From the NCBI RefSeq assembly GCF_009914755.1, contig NC_060943.1: a stretch of 64,000 nt of DNA. One strand, written 5' to 3'. Shown in pieces: positions 22,650-49,116 of this stretch; the first letter of the stretch is position 1, and the number at the start of each line of letters is the position of its first letter. Made by a program: the position numbers and the translations under genes. The notes below the pieces were generated by a model. That model worked only from the letters and a program-made list of their open reading frames with translations, searched no databases and was not told where the DNA came from. The DNA is from the human T2T-CHM13v2.0 reference genome, Homo sapiens.

Positions 22650-23666
22650 ATGGGGAAAAAACAGAACAGAAAAACTGGAAACTCTAAAACGCAGAGCGTC
22701 TCTCCTCCTCCAAAGGAACGCAGTTCCTCCCCAGAAACGGAACAAAGCTGGATGGAGAATGACTTTGAGGAGCTGAGAGAAGAAGGCTTCAGACGATCAA
22801 ATTACTCTGAGCTACGGGAGGACATTCAAACCAAAGGCAAAGAAGTTGAAAACTTTGAAAAAAATTTAGAAGAATGTATAACTAGAATAACCAATACAGA
22901 GAAGTGCTTAAAGGAGCTGATGGAGCTGAAAACCAAGGCTCGAGAACTACGTGAAGAATGCAGAAGCCTCAGGAGCCGATACGATCAGCTGGAAGAAAGG
23001 GTATCAGCAATGGAAGACGAAATGAATGAAATGAAGCGAGAAGGGAAGTTTAGAGAAAAACAAATAAAAAGAAATGAGCAAAGCCTCCAAGAAATATGGG
23101 ACTATGTGAAAAGACCAAATCTACGTCTGATTGGTGTACCTGAAAGTGATGGGGAGAATGGAACCAAGTTGGAAAACGCTCTGCAGGATATTATCCAGGA
23201 GAACTTCCCCAATCTAGCAAGGCAGGCCAACGTTCAGATTCAGGAAATACAGAGAACACCACAAAGATACTCCTCGAGAAGAGCAACTCCAAGACACATA
23301 ATTGTCAGATTCACCAAAGTTGAAATGAAGGAAAAAATGTTAAGGGCAGCCAGAGAGAAAGGTCGGGTTACCCTCAAAGGGAAGCCCATCAGACTAACAG
23401 CGGATCTCTCGGCAGAAACCCTACAAGCCAGAAGAGAGTGGGGGCCAATATTCAACATTCTTAAAGAAAAGAATTTTCAACCCAGAATTTCATATCCAGC
23501 CAAACTAAGCTTCATAAGTGAAGGAGAAATAAAACACTTTACAGACAAGCAAATGCTGAGAGATTTTGTCACCACCAGGCCTGCCCTAAAAGAGCTCCTG
23601 AAGGAAGCGCTAAACATGGAAAGGAACAACTGGTACCAGCCGCTGCAAAATCATGCCAAAATGTAA
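22650..23666 (+). CDS. L1 ORF1p, intact 338 aa
   Basis: MGKKQNRKTGNSKTQS...REKG...YPAKLS...QNHAKM. Confidence 0.95.
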   Translation: MGKKQNRKTGNSKTQSVSPPPKERSSSPETEQSWMENDFEELREEGFRRSNYSELREDIQTKGKEVENFEKNLEECITRITNTEKCLKELMELKTKARELREECRSLRSRYDQLEERVSAMEDEMNEMKREGKFREKQIKRNEQSLQEIWDYVKRPNLRLIGVPESDGENGTKLENALQDIIQENFPNLARQANVQIQEIQRTPQRYSSRRATPRHIIVRFTKVEMKEKMLRAAREKGRVTLKGKPIRLTADLSAETLQARREWGPIFNILKEKNFQPRISYPAKLSFISEGEIKHFTDKQMLRDFVTTRPALKELLKEALNMERNNWYQPLQNHAKM

Positions 23667-23705
23667 AGACCATCAAGACCAGGAAGAAACTGCATCAACT
23701 AATGA

Positions 23706-27556
<3,851 letters not shown>

Positions 27557-28382
27557 ACAATGAGATCACATGGACACAGGAAAGGGAATATCACACTCTG
27601 GGGACTGTGGTGGGGTGGGGGGAAGGGGGAGGGATAGCATTGGGAGATATACCTAATGCTAGATGACAAGTTAGTGGGTGCAGCGCACCAGCATGGCACA
27701 TGTATACATATGTAACTAACCTGCACAATGTGCACATGTACCCTAAAACTTAAAGTATAATAATAAAAAAAAGAATTTTATCAGACTGCAAAGTTAGTAA
27801 TGATGTCAATTAAAGTAGATCTGTACTTCTCATGGAGAATACTCATTGCAACAAATTTTAAATCCCAGGAGAGCTGCTATGTGTGCACATGTGTAAGGCC
27901 ACTGCAGCCCCAATTAAGTATATCATAATTATGGTATCACAAATCCACACTGATACGAAATATGCATTAAATGGTGCTGAGAAATTTGGCTCATCACCTA
28001 GATGGAAGGAAAATGCAAGCTTTCCATCACTATACAAACAAAATTCAGTAAATAAGATTGGGTTGTATTTTTTAAGGAATGATTGGGACTTAATATTTAA
28101 TTAAGAAATATTTAATCATGCCCTTGTTTCTGATTTTATACTTATAGAATAAGGAATGTTCCATAAGCTTTACGTGTCGTGACTCTGGGGCTTAATAAAA
28201 ACAGATGTATATCTGACCTTTGAAGAAAAATATGTAGACAGGAGAGATGAAGATAACATAGAAAGAGAAGATTTTAAAGTTATTAAGAATTCTATTCACA
28301 ATCATTGAGGAAATATCAATTAGATATAGAACTTGAAGAGACAAGAAGTTATAAATGGCTAACACACGTATATACAAAATTA

Positions 28383-30115
<1,733 letters not shown>

Positions 30116-30410
30116 CAACTGAACTATGAGGTGATCTCCAACACCTGCAAAAAAGCTGACACTACAGCATTGCACGTCCCAAGTCGGCGTTGCATCAGAT
30201 TAGCTGATCACCGCACAGTTGGGCACTTCAAGCACCTGTGACCAGACTTTCTCAAGCACTGAGACACAGGGGAATCACCTGGGGAGTTATCAAAAACCCC
30301 AGTGTCCCGAAATACAGACACTGATTAGAGACTTTGGAGGTTGGGCCCAGGAACCAGTATATTGTTCCAATCCCCCCTGTAAATTCAGCACTCAAAGTTA
30401 AGAATCAATT

Positions 30411-30625
30411 TGTAAACTAAAAATAACATGTTAAGACCCACCGCCCACCCCCCCCATCCCCCCCACCCCCCCGCCCACAACCAACTGAGCGGACCCCCTC
30501 CTGGCCAAGATACTTGAAAAACAGAATCATTGACTATGGCAGGAAGGGAGGTCAAACCTCCTCCTATCTCCTTCCTTTCGGAGCCTAGGCACAACTGACG
30601 GGCATTAACATTAAAATAGAGCTCA
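30411..30625 (+). mobile_element. ERV1 LTR fragment (MER39-like, uncertain)
   Basis: tgtaaactaaaaataa...caactga.cggaccccctc.tggccaag...cattaacattaaaatagag. Confidence 0.5.
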
Positions 30626-30766
30626 GGACCGGGTGCAGGAGCTCACGCCTGTAATCCCAGCACTTTGGGAGGTCAAGGTGGGCACATTACTTGAGGTCAG
30701 GAGTTCGAGACCAGCCTAGACAACATGGCGAAACCCCATCTCTACTAAAAATACAAAAATTAGCTA

Positions 30767-30952
<186 letters not shown>

Positions 30953-31299
30953 TTATACATCACATAGAAGAATAGCATCCATAAGGCTATGATGACGAGT
31001 TAGTTAGGTTTAAACACTCCACCCACAGTGCACATACACTTCAAAACATCATGCTGCACACACTACACGCAATTTTATCTGTCAACTTAAATAAGTTTAT
31101 CAAAAAAAAAAAAGCATGACCCAAATTTACTCATGTGAACTTGAAAAAGGTAACAGAGCTTGGCCTGCCCTTAGGAACTTTAGTCATTTTATTCCCCAAT
31201 CATATTATTTCCAGCTCCTAACCAAAGAGAAAGCTAAAGAACCAATGTAACATAATAAAAAAAGACCTTAAAATCCAAACAAACAAATCGGCCAGAAAG

Positions 31300-31500
31300 G
31301 TAACTCACCAACCCTGCCACCAGGTCTCCTTGGCTGGTCGAAAGCAAACAAGCTAGGCAGCGGGAAGAAAAAGGCGGTGCCTGCCCGGTGATTAGCCAGC
31401 TGACTCCTCTCTTGATTGGCCAAGGTGGGTTCTTGATGACCTTCGCGATGGAGGGGAAATACTGCTGCACCTGCGTGTTTCTGCCCAGATGCCCCAATTG
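31300..31500 (-). promoter_or_regulatory. NLRP11: Putative NLRP11 proximal promoter and short non-coding first exon ending at a donor at 31309
   Basis: On the minus strand: CCAAT (31415-31419), CTAAT (31391-31395), TTCCCGC (31360-31366), then TTG|GTGAGT donor. Locally CpG-enriched and homologous to the NLRP4 promoter. TSS not determinable from sequence. Confidence 0.65.
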
Positions 31501-31999
31501 TCTTTCTTCACCCAGGACTAAACAGGGTCTGCTGATTAGGAGACGGTCCACACCCCGTTTATGATGTTGGAGCTCATGGGGCATCTGACCAAGAACCTCC
31601 AAAACAATTGACTTAGGCAGTGCCGGGGGAAAGAAGTTTTCCACCAATAATCTCAATTTCGGATAACCATCTATACAGTAAGCTCCATGAGGGGAATACG
31701 CTGTCTAGTCTACATAACCACCTGGCAAGGATCCTTTCAAATCTGAGGGAGGCCATAAATATTTGTGGAACAAATGCAACCAAAGGCATGTTTAACAGGT
31801 GATAGAATTTGCGGAGGCACGTCCTAGATCCTCCACCCGGGGGGCCCGTCTTGGCTGCCTATTGGAATCACCTGGAGACCTCTAGTGAAGACTGATAGCT
31901 CAGTCCTATGCGCAGGTATCTGCTTTAGTCAGGAGGGAGTATGCTCTGGGTATGACTGATAGAGCTCCTCATATTGAACAGATTACAGAAGAATAGGGG

Positions 32000-34300
<2,301 letters not shown>

Positions 34301-34764
34301 GTTCACTTCACAACTGGAAATTTATTTTGGTGGGAACCCCTGAGGATGCAACGGGCATGCTCTTATGGGTACATGAGTCTGCAAAGGTCCCCATCATGTC
34401 TGCTTCCCAATCTAGGTTCTGGACCACAGAGACTTGTGTTATGGTTACAGTAATTCCTTAAAGTTCTCATTATGTTTCTCTGCACTCCTTGATGTGTATA
34501 TTTCAAAACCAGGATCATCACCATCGTAACACTGAACTCAGGATTCTTATAAGGAGGAACTAAAATGGTGATTGTAAAAGGATAGCTCCTAGGACACTGA
34601 GGTTTGGCGTGAACCCAGAAGATGACTGTAACGATTGTAGGGAAGCTGGAATAGCAGGAAAACCATGCCCAATGATGAAATCTCGACCTTGCGTCTAAAA
34701 AACTTAGCGCCTGTTCTGCCTACGCAGAAAGACAGTAGCCGATATCCATTAAGTTCTTCTTGCA

Positions 34765-35507
<743 letters not shown>

Positions 35508-35739
35508 TTACGGCAGAAAGATGTTGTGCCACACGAACATTCTTCAAGGAGTTTAGCATGTAGGAAGGAATTAGACATTTAAATTATAAACAGAGTCACC
35601 CCAACTCTCCAAATGAACCATTTTGGAGAGACTGGAGGAGCATCCCTGCAGCCGTGAGCCCTGGGAATTCTCAATAGGAACCTCCAGCTTGAAATATCCC
35701 CCGCTCTATACGACACCAGGAGCAAAGGTCTAGAACAGC

Positions 35740-35920
35740 CCCTCAAGGGGCGGTGGGCGTTTCGCTTCACATATTTTCTGGATCTGTTCATCAAAAGCCC
35801 TCTGAGCCAATGGCAAGGGAGCAATTCGTTGGCCAATCAAATGGCACCACGGATCTTTTCTTCCCGCTTCCAGCCGCCAATCATTAAGGACCAGGAAGGC
35901 GTGGAGCGGTGAGTCAGCGC
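35740..35920 (+). promoter_or_regulatory. NLRP4: NLRP4 promoter (triple CCAAT, E2F-like TTCCCGC, GC box, AP-1 TGAGTCA)
   Basis: CCAAT at 35807, 35833 and 35877; GGGGCGG at ~35747; TTCCCGC at 35861; TGAGTCA at 35910. CpG-enriched, non-repetitive sequence. Confidence 0.7.
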
Positions 35921-36280
35921 TTCGTGCTGGGCTGTTCGTCTCTTCTATGTGCTGATTTCCTGGGTTACTTTGGGTCTTCCTTTTCTTTCTCCCTTTTACC
36001 CTGTCTCCTTTCTTGAGGCTGATCGATCACAGCCAGGCCTCTCCATTCTATTTACCCAGCGTTTTCCTTCTCTCCAGTTAGTGGGGTAGATGAACGCCCT
36101 GTGTTTATAAGGTGCCTCCCAGGAGCCTGAGACCTGTGAGAAGAATGGGGGGTGGAGGTGGGGGAGACTCGTCACGAAGGGAGACCTTGGAGCTTCGAGG
36201 GTGGGAATGTTCTTATTAGATTCTTCATCTCTGTTGACACAAACATGTAGGAGAAGCTGGAGAACATAGACAGGGATGAG
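35886..36280 (+). other. NLRP4: Putative NLRP4 non-coding exon 1 (start approximate)
   Basis: Strong donor GAG|GTAAGG at 36280/36281 downstream of the CCAAT cluster. An alternative donor GCG|GTGAGT lies at 35908/35909. Confidence 0.6.
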
Positions 36281-36919
36281 GTAAGGGGGGGGACTTCCCA
36301 TGAAAGGTGGGACCCAAGCCCTCTCTGCTCTTGTGAGCTTGCTCTCTGACCTAGGGCAGAAACGTCTTTGATACTGTAATTCCAGAATGTGATTTAAAAA
36401 GAAAATCACACTTCTAGTTGACTCATACTAATTATGTATATTAGCTGCAGAGAGATGTGTTGGTACATGTATACGTATCATTAAATCAGGGTAATGAGCA
36501 TATCCATCTCCTCATACCTGTATCATTTCTTTGTGTTAGGAACATTCAGAATCCTCTCCTTAGGTGGGAGGAGGGAGAGGGTCAGGAAAAGATAGCTATG
36601 GGGTCCTATTCTTAATACCTGGGAGATGAAAAACTGTACACCAAACCCCTGTGACACGAGTTTACCTGTATAACCAGTGTATATGTACCCCTGAACCTAA
36701 CATAAAAGTTAGAAAAACCCTCGAAAATAATAAGATATTAAGTATATTCAACCTATAGTGCTACTGAACACCAGCACCTATTCCTACCTACAGGTGTAAC
36801 TTGGTATCCATTAGCCAACCTCTTTTCATCCCCCTTCTCCAATTATGCCATTTGTTTAGACTATGAAACGTATATAGAAAGAATATTTATCTTTCTATAT
36901 CAATAAAAGTTGGTTTTTA

Positions 36920-37925
<1,006 letters not shown>

Positions 37926-38299
37926 ACGCTATTAAAAGAAAAAAATGATGTGATTTTACACTTAGAGAACAGCTTCAAGAATATATCCTTAGGATCACCA
38001 AATGTTAAAAGTTTACCTTATATGGTGTCCCTCTACTCTTATATAAGTATTTTTCCTGATCTGTTCAAGATTTGTACACATTGTACAAATTTACATCTAA
38101 TAATTTACCCTAAATGCTTCAGGGTTTATCTTCTAAAAATAAAAATAAAAGTAAGCTCTTTTGATAACCACACTATATAAAAAACAGGAAATTAATAGAA
38201 TGATATTATCTAATGTACAGATCTTACACTTAATGGACTTTTTAATTTTTGCATTTGTTTTCACAAGTAGACCGAACATGGAAATTCTTACACTAAGCC

Positions 38300-38613
38300 T
38301 GTTTTTTTTTTTTCTTTTTTTAAATTTAAGTTTTGGGATACATGTGCTGAATGTGCAGGTTTGTTACATAGGTGTACACGTGGCATGGTGGTTTGCTGCA
38401 CCTGTCAACTGGTCATCTAGGTTTTAAGCCCCACATGCATTAGGTATTTGTCCTAATGCTCTCCCTCCCCTTTCCCACCCCTCACCCACGGGCCTCAGTG
38501 TGTGAATGTTCCCCTCCCTGTGTCCGTTTGTGTTCTTATTGTTCAACTCACACTTCTGTGTGAGAACATGCAGTGTTTGGTTTTCTGTTCCAGTGTTAAT
38601 TTGCTGAGGATGA
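38300..38613 (-). mobile_element. L1PA 3'UTR fragment
   Basis: Poly-T followed by gatacatgtgctgaatgtgcaggtttgttacatagg. Confidence 0.8.
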
Positions 38614-39647
38614 TGTAAACCTGTTTTCATTATCTAACCTATGCCTCAGTTTGAGTGTGTGTGTGTGCTCTTTCACACACATATACACACATGCTTATGC
38701 TCTCACACACACATACCCACACACATGCTCTCTCTTAGATTCTGGAAAAATAATTTTTATTTAAATTTTGACATAATTTGCTGATGAAGATGTTTGAGCC
38801 TGAAGTCTTCTGTGGGGGAAGAGTTAAAAAAAAAAAAAAAAGCTTTCAAAACTTCACACACACAAAATAGATGAAAGTTGTCATTTTCTAAGAATTTATA
38901 TATTTGAACAAAATTATCAGTTTTATTGGCATAAAAATGGTAATAGTCTCAATTTTTGATATCTGTAGGGTATGTAGTGGTGTCTTCTGTTTCTGGTATT
39001 AATTGCTCATGTCTTCTTATTCATCAGACTTGTTGGGGGTTATCCAGTTTGTATTTTCAAAGAATCTACTTTTGACAGAGTCTTGTATTTTAATTTTTAT
39101 TTCATTGATTATTTTTTCTACTTTCTTTTGGTGTGTTTTGCTTTTTATCTAAATGTATAATTAGTTTATGAATTTTCAACCTTCCTTATGCCTTTGAAGT
39201 AGCACATTTTTCCAGCTCCTGATTTAGCTGTATTTCACTCACTTCATATGCAACATTAAATATTCAGTTCAAAATCTTATATCCGATATTTTCTCTTTAT
39301 TCATAGATTACTTAGAAGTATGTTTCTTAATTTTGGAATGTCCTTCATTTCATTGTCAAATTCTGACTTAAATTATGATCAGAATATTCTGTGTAACTTA
39401 TATTATTTGAAATATGTTGAAGCTTGCCCTGAGGATCAGTATATAGCTGACATTGGTAGCTGATTCGTCTATCTTATAGTGTTTTTTCCATTTATTGAAT
39501 GAAAAGGTCTGTGTCCACAAGGTAAAATTTTTCCATTGTTTTTAAGCCCTTTATTTTCTTTTTAACTTGTTTGTTTAATTGCTGGAACAAATTGATAAAA
39601 TATCCTGCTATGATTAGGGACTTACCTAATTCTCCTTATGGTGCTGA

Positions 39648-39947
<300 letters not shown>

Positions 39948-40344
39948 TAGCCAGGCTGGTCTAGATCTCCTGACCTCGTGATCCGCCCACCTCGGCCTCC
40001 CAAAGTGCTGGGATTATAGGCGTGAGCCACAGCACCCGGCTGATCATTCGTATATTTTAAGGCTGTGTTATTGTTGCATGTATGATTATAATTGTTCTCT
40101 CTTCCTGGTAATTTGAGCCCTGTGGTTATGCAGCATCTAGATTTCTCACCAATGTTTTGGCTTGGGGTCTGCTTTTCTGGTATCAATATTATGACAACAG
40201 ATTTTTTTAAAAGCCTGGAATAATTCAATATCTTTTCCTTCTAATTCAAGTCGTGCAATAAATGGAATGGATGAAGAGTTTGGTGAGTAAGATGGGTTAT
40301 CATACCTTACGTATGCATGACATGCTATTTTGTTCAGATTTCCC

Positions 40345-41470
<1,126 letters not shown>

Positions 41471-41969
41471 AGTTACCCCAGATTTTTTAGGTTCAAATTT
41501 GCATGTTTAGTCTTTCAACTTTCGTTTTTCCGTTCTTAGTTACCTCTTTAAAGAGCAAGTATTTGGTTTTTGTATTTAGTCTCACCATCTTTGCCTCTGT
41601 ACCATTGAGGCAATTATTCTGTGTAATTACTAATAAGAGTTCGAGTTGACCATCACTTTTTTATTTACCTTATCTGTTCTAGGTTCCTATTTCTGTCCTT
41701 CTTTATTTTTTAGGTTAGTTTGTCATTTTTCCTCTTCTCTATTTACTTTGGCAGACAAACTTTTTTATGGTTATATCAGAATTCTATCAGTGGGCTTATC
41801 AGAATTTCTTATCAAATTTTTACTTCTGTCATCTTCCCAGAGAAGAACATTAGAGCACTTGATGTCCTTTTTCTTTTTTTTTTAGATTTACGTGCCAGCT
41901 GTGATAAATTTTAATTCTATTTTCTGTCTCACAAGACTGACTCTATAAAGCAACTTGTCTTCTAATTGA

Positions 41970-42308
<339 letters not shown>

Positions 42309-42929
42309 TAGCCAGGATGGTCTTGATCTCCTGACCTCGTGATCCGCCCACCTCGGCCTCCCAAAGTGCTGGGATTACAGGCGTCAGCCACCGTGCCTGG
42401 CCTTATTTCTTAAAGATTATTTTATTCTGGTTAGACTTGAGTCAGCAGCTATTTGTTTTGAGCACCTTGCATGGTTGCTTCTTTAGTTTCTTCTTTCTGT
42501 AGCACCTGATCAGGTCAGCTGTCAACATAATGGCACAACCGTTCAAATAAATTATTGTCCTCCCCTTGCCTTACCCCCACTCTGGAATGCTTTCAAGATT
42601 TTCCCTTTTGTGTAACTTCTTTATGTTCTAATGTCATTATGTTTCCCTATAATGTGTCTAGACATGGGTTTGTTATTTATACTCTTGGACTTTATTGGGC
42701 TTCTTAATTAGTAGATTGATTTTTTTTTCATTGGTTAATAGAAACATCCAGGCCAGGCACAGTGGCTCACACACCTGTAATCCTAGCAGTTTGGGAGGCA
42801 GAGGCGGGTGGATCTCCTGAGGTCAGGAGTTCGAGACCAGCCTGGCCAACATGGTGAAACCCTGTCTCTACTAAAAATACAAAAAATTAGCCAGGCGTGG
42901 TGATGGGCACCTGTGATCCCAGCTGCTCA

Positions 42930-43079
<150 letters not shown>

Positions 43080-43157
43080 TTAGGTTGGTACAAAAGTAAT
43101 TGCGGTTTTTGCATTTTTTTCATGGCAAAAACCACAATTACTTTTGCACCAACCTAA
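43080..43157. mobile_element. MADE1 (Hsmar1 MITE)
   Basis: TTAGGTTGGTACAAAAGTAATTGCGGTTTTTGC...GCAAAAACCACAATTACTTTTGCACCAACCTAA with TA TSD. Confidence 0.92.
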
Positions 43158-43353
43158 TAAAACATACTACATCTGGTCCACAGTCTCTTTTCTCCTTTTG
43201 GGGAGCCAGTAACAAGTGTTAGCCCTTTTCATCCTTAGTCTCTTGTCCTCTCTTCTGTGCTTTTCATCTTTTTATCTCTCTCTTCTTGGATGACTTCTCT
43301 TTACGTGTCTTCTAGACCACTAATTATCTCTGTCAAATCTGATACTAACACAT

Positions 43354-44160
43354 TGTATTAGCTTCCTGGGGCTGCTGTAACAACATACCACAAAACAGAC
43401 AGCTTAAGCAACAGAAACTTACTGTCTCACAGTTCTGAAGGCTAATAAGTCCAAAATCAAGGTGCTGGCAGGCGTAATTTCTTCTGAAGACTGTGAGGGA
43501 GAATCAGTTTATTCCTCTCTATTAACTTCTACTTGCTTTAGGTGTGCTTTGGTTAGTAAGTGGCATTTTCCCTGTGGCATGGTATCCTCTTCCCTCTATT
43601 CATATGTGTCCAGATTTTCCCCTTTCTTTTTTCTTTTTATTTTTCGAGATGGAGTCTCACTTTATTGCCCAGGCTGGAGTGCAGTGGCATGATCTCAGCT
43701 CACTGTAACCTCCCGGGTTCAAGCAATTCTCCTGCCTCAGCCTCCTGAGTAGCTGGGAAGACAGGCACATACCACCACTTGGCTAAGTTTTGTATTTTTG
43801 GTAGAGATGGGATTTTACCATGTTGGCCAGGCTGGTCTTGATCTCCTGACCTCAGGTGATCCGCCCACCTTGGCCTCCCAAAGTGCTGGGATTACAGGTG
43901 TGAGCTACTGTGCCCGGCCAGATTTTCCTCTTTCAATAAGGTCACCAATTATATTGGATCGGGGGCCCACCCTGCTTTAGTATGACCTCATCTTACATGT
44001 TCCAGTACAGCTAATTGCATCTGCAAGGATGCTATTTCCAAACAAGCCCAGACTTCAGTTGCACTTTGTGACCTCCAGTGTAACTCATTGTATCTACGAG
44101 TATGCTATTTTCAAAAACTTCATACTTCAGCATGTAACTTTTGCAGGGGGACATACATTG
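43354..44160 (-). mobile_element. MLT1-type MaLR LTR interrupted by an Alu
   Basis: tgtattagcttcctggggctgctgtaacaac...aagtccaaaatcaaggtgctggcagg. Confidence 0.7.
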
Positions 44161-44370
44161 GATGCAGAAAAGAGTCCCTGGTGATTTTTGTGGTGGTAGT
44201 GGTGGTAGAGGAGTGTGTGTGCGTGTGTGTATGCATGTGTGTGTGTGTTTGGGGGAATATTTAAAGTTCCATCTGTAGCCAATCTGAATGCAGTCTTTCC
44301 CCTCACTTTCAGAGGATCTCTTCCCAGAGCCGGAGGTATTAATATTTCAGCCTGTGGCAAGAGGCTACAC

Positions 44371-45740
<1,370 letters not shown>

Positions 45741-45858
45741 ACTCTGATCTTGACACTGTCTCCACATCAAGAAAAGTCCAACTCTAGTTGCCTGCTTCTC
45801 CAAGATGGTCTCAGAGCAAAGCACCAGCAATGTTCTTGCCCAAAGTCATTCTTTAAGT

Positions 45859-46100
45859 CAGTGGTTTTCAAATCTGGGCATGCGTCAAAATTAACTGACA
45901 TTATATATAACTGATGTTATATAACAGATATATAACTGATATTATATATCTAATATCATCACTAACTATTTGCCCAAAATTAACAGATGGCTGTGCCCTA
46001 CCCTCAGCATTTAGTGTGTCTAGGGAAGGACCTGGGGATTTGCATAGCAAGTTACCAGTTGGTGCTGATGTTCCTTGGAGAAGTATTGCCTTAGGTGCTC
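45859..46100. mobile_element. MER5-like hAT element
   Basis: cagtggttttcaaa...atttgcat...ggtgctgatg. Confidence 0.55.
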
Positions 46101-46290
46101 AGTGGTGGCCTCAGGACTCAGATACATGTTCCTATAATTAAGATTTTACTAAAAGTAGGCTTTTTAAGACTATTGGCAAAAGCACGCAGGGGAGAAGCCA
46201 TGAAGGTCACCTTTCCATCATCATATTCTCATTCCGAATACTGCTTAATAATTTTCCCTAATTTTTGTGGGTTTTATTTATTTATTTTGA

Positions 46291-46392
<102 letters not shown>

Positions 46393-47014
46393 TGAGTAGC
46401 TGGGGCTATAGGCGCCTGGCTACTTTCCCCTAATTTTTGGATCTTAGATGCTATTAAATTTTTTTTAAATTTTTCTCCAAATTACCTATTTTATTTGAGG
46501 GGGGGGCAGCAACATTCTGCCTAATGGCCACCCATGAATAAAACAGCTTTATTTTTATTTTCCACTGTATAACTTAACCCTTTTATTGACTTTGCTATTG
46601 ATCTCTAATTTCATTGCCCTTAAGACAAAGAAGATGACTTTGCTACTGTTGGCTTTTTGTTTTTGAATTATGATTTCCTTTAAAGCTCAGAGCATAATTG
46701 ATTATCATGAGCATAATTACAAGCTAATTGATTATCATGAATGTTCCACGTATGCTTGAAAAGAATGTTCTCTTGTGTGTAGGATTCCATAAATATTCAT
46801 AAAATGTGTTGATTTTTATATATCTAATATGAATAACTATTTGCCCTATGTTTTTAGTATCTTTTAAAATTTTAGACTTGTTTTAGACACAGAAAAGTTT
46901 GCAAAAATAGTGCAGAGAGTTCCCATAAATCCTGTGCCACATTTCTCTAGTAACGACTTTCGTTACCATGGTACATTTGTCATAACTAATAAACCAGTAT
47001 TAATAGATTATTAA

Positions 47015-47186
<172 letters not shown>

Positions 47187-47748
47187 TAGCTGAGACTACA
47201 GACACCTGCCACCACGCCCGGCTAATTTTTTAATATTTTTAGTAGAGATGGGGTTTCACCATCTTGGTCAGGCTGGTCTCAAACTCCTGACCTCGTGATC
47301 TGCCTGCCTTAGCCTCCCAAAGTGCTGGGATGACAGGCGTGAGCCACTGCACCTGGCCCCTAATATCCTTTTTATGTGCCTGGACCTCATCTAGGATCCC
47401 CCACTGGGTTTCATTGCTGTGTCTCCATTGAGTTCTCTAAACTAGGACCACTCTCAGGATTTCCTTGTTTTCAGTGATCTTGAACGTTTTGAGAAGCACT
47501 GGTCAGGTATTTGTGGGACATCATTCATGTTGGGTTTGTGTGACGTTTATCTCATTGCGAGACTGGGGCTTTGAGGAGGAAGACCACGAAGGAAAGGTGC
47601 CCTTCCCATCATATCATATGCTACCACTTGCTACCCATGTTGGCCTTGATCTCCTAGCTTAGGTGTCTGGCTGGTTTCTCCACTCTGAAGTTAATCCCTA
47701 CCCCTTTTTATACTATAGTATTGTATACTATACTATACGATACTATAG

Positions 47749-48012
<264 letters not shown>

Positions 48013-48087
48013 TAGGATTACAGGCGTGAGCCACCATGCCCGGCTGTACTATATTCTTTAAAAAGAAGTCTCTATGTACAACCCACA

Positions 48088-48445
48088 TGATACGGTTTGG
48101 CTGTGTCCCCACCCAAATCTCATCTTGAATTGTGGCTCCCATAATTCCCACATGTGGTGGGAGGGACCCGGTGGGAGATACTTGAATCATGGGGATGGTT
48201 TCCCCCATACTGTTCTCCTAGTAGTGAATAAGTCTCGTGAGACCTGATGGTTCTATAAGGGGAAACCCCTGTCGTTTGGTCCTCTCTTGTCTGCCGCCAT
48301 GTAAGATGTGCCTTTTGCCTTCCCCCATGATTGTGAGGCCTCCCCAGCCACATGGAACTGTGGGTCCATTAAACCACTTTTTTCTTTATAAATTACCCAG
48401 TCTTGGGTAATGTCTCTATCAGCAGCATGAGAACAGACTAATACA
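48088..48445 (+). mobile_element. THE1-type MaLR solo LTR, sense to NLRP4
   Basis: TGATACGGTTTGGCTGTGTCCCCACCCAAATCTCATCTTGAAT...GACTAATACA, with 5-bp TSD CCACA on both sides. Confidence 0.9.
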
Positions 48446-49116
48446 CCACACTTAAGAGGTGGGGAGTTATGCCGCATCTCCTTAAAGGGGAAGAATCCAT
48501 CCATCTAAGCTACTTGGAATTCTTCTTCTTGCTAAAGTTGTTACAGTTTTAGCTATTGGAGGCTCTTTCAGCCTGCCCTGGGTTTCTTTGGTTAGGAAGT
48601 GGTCTTAGAAACCAAGAGCTGATCTGGACACTGGGTGTATCGATTGCCACTAGGGTATCTGTTATGCTTCCAGGCCCTTGCATGAGTGTGACTGTAACAG
48701 TACCGTAGACTAAGACTATACTTCCAGGGATCATTTCTATAGTTCACTGCAAAATGCTGCAGACTGGATGGCTTACCAACAGAAATGTACTTCCTCTAGT
48801 TCTGGAGGCTGGAAGTTCAAATCAAGGTCCAGCAGAGTCCCTTCCTGATGAAGACTTTCTGGATTGTACACAGCTGCCTTCTGTGTCCCCACATAATAGA
48901 GTCAGAGGAAGAGATGGGGAGAAAGAGAGCCAGGGAGGGACTTCCAGTTGTTCCAGCACCATTTATGGAAGAGACGATCTGCCTCCATTGTGCCTTTGTC
49001 AAAATGAGTTGGCTACATTTGTGGGGCATGCCTTCTCTATTGTTTACTGAGAAAAATGTAATTTCTATATTTACAGTGTAATTTCTATATTTAAAAGTAA
49101 AAATGTAATTTCTGTA

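Noticed and set aside
35990-36150. Overlapping distal NLRP11 first exon antisense to NLRP4 exon 1 (possible minus-strand donor AGG|GTAAAA near 35999)
   Set aside because: Plausible for a bidirectional CCAAT promoter, but it cannot be delimited from sequence alone.
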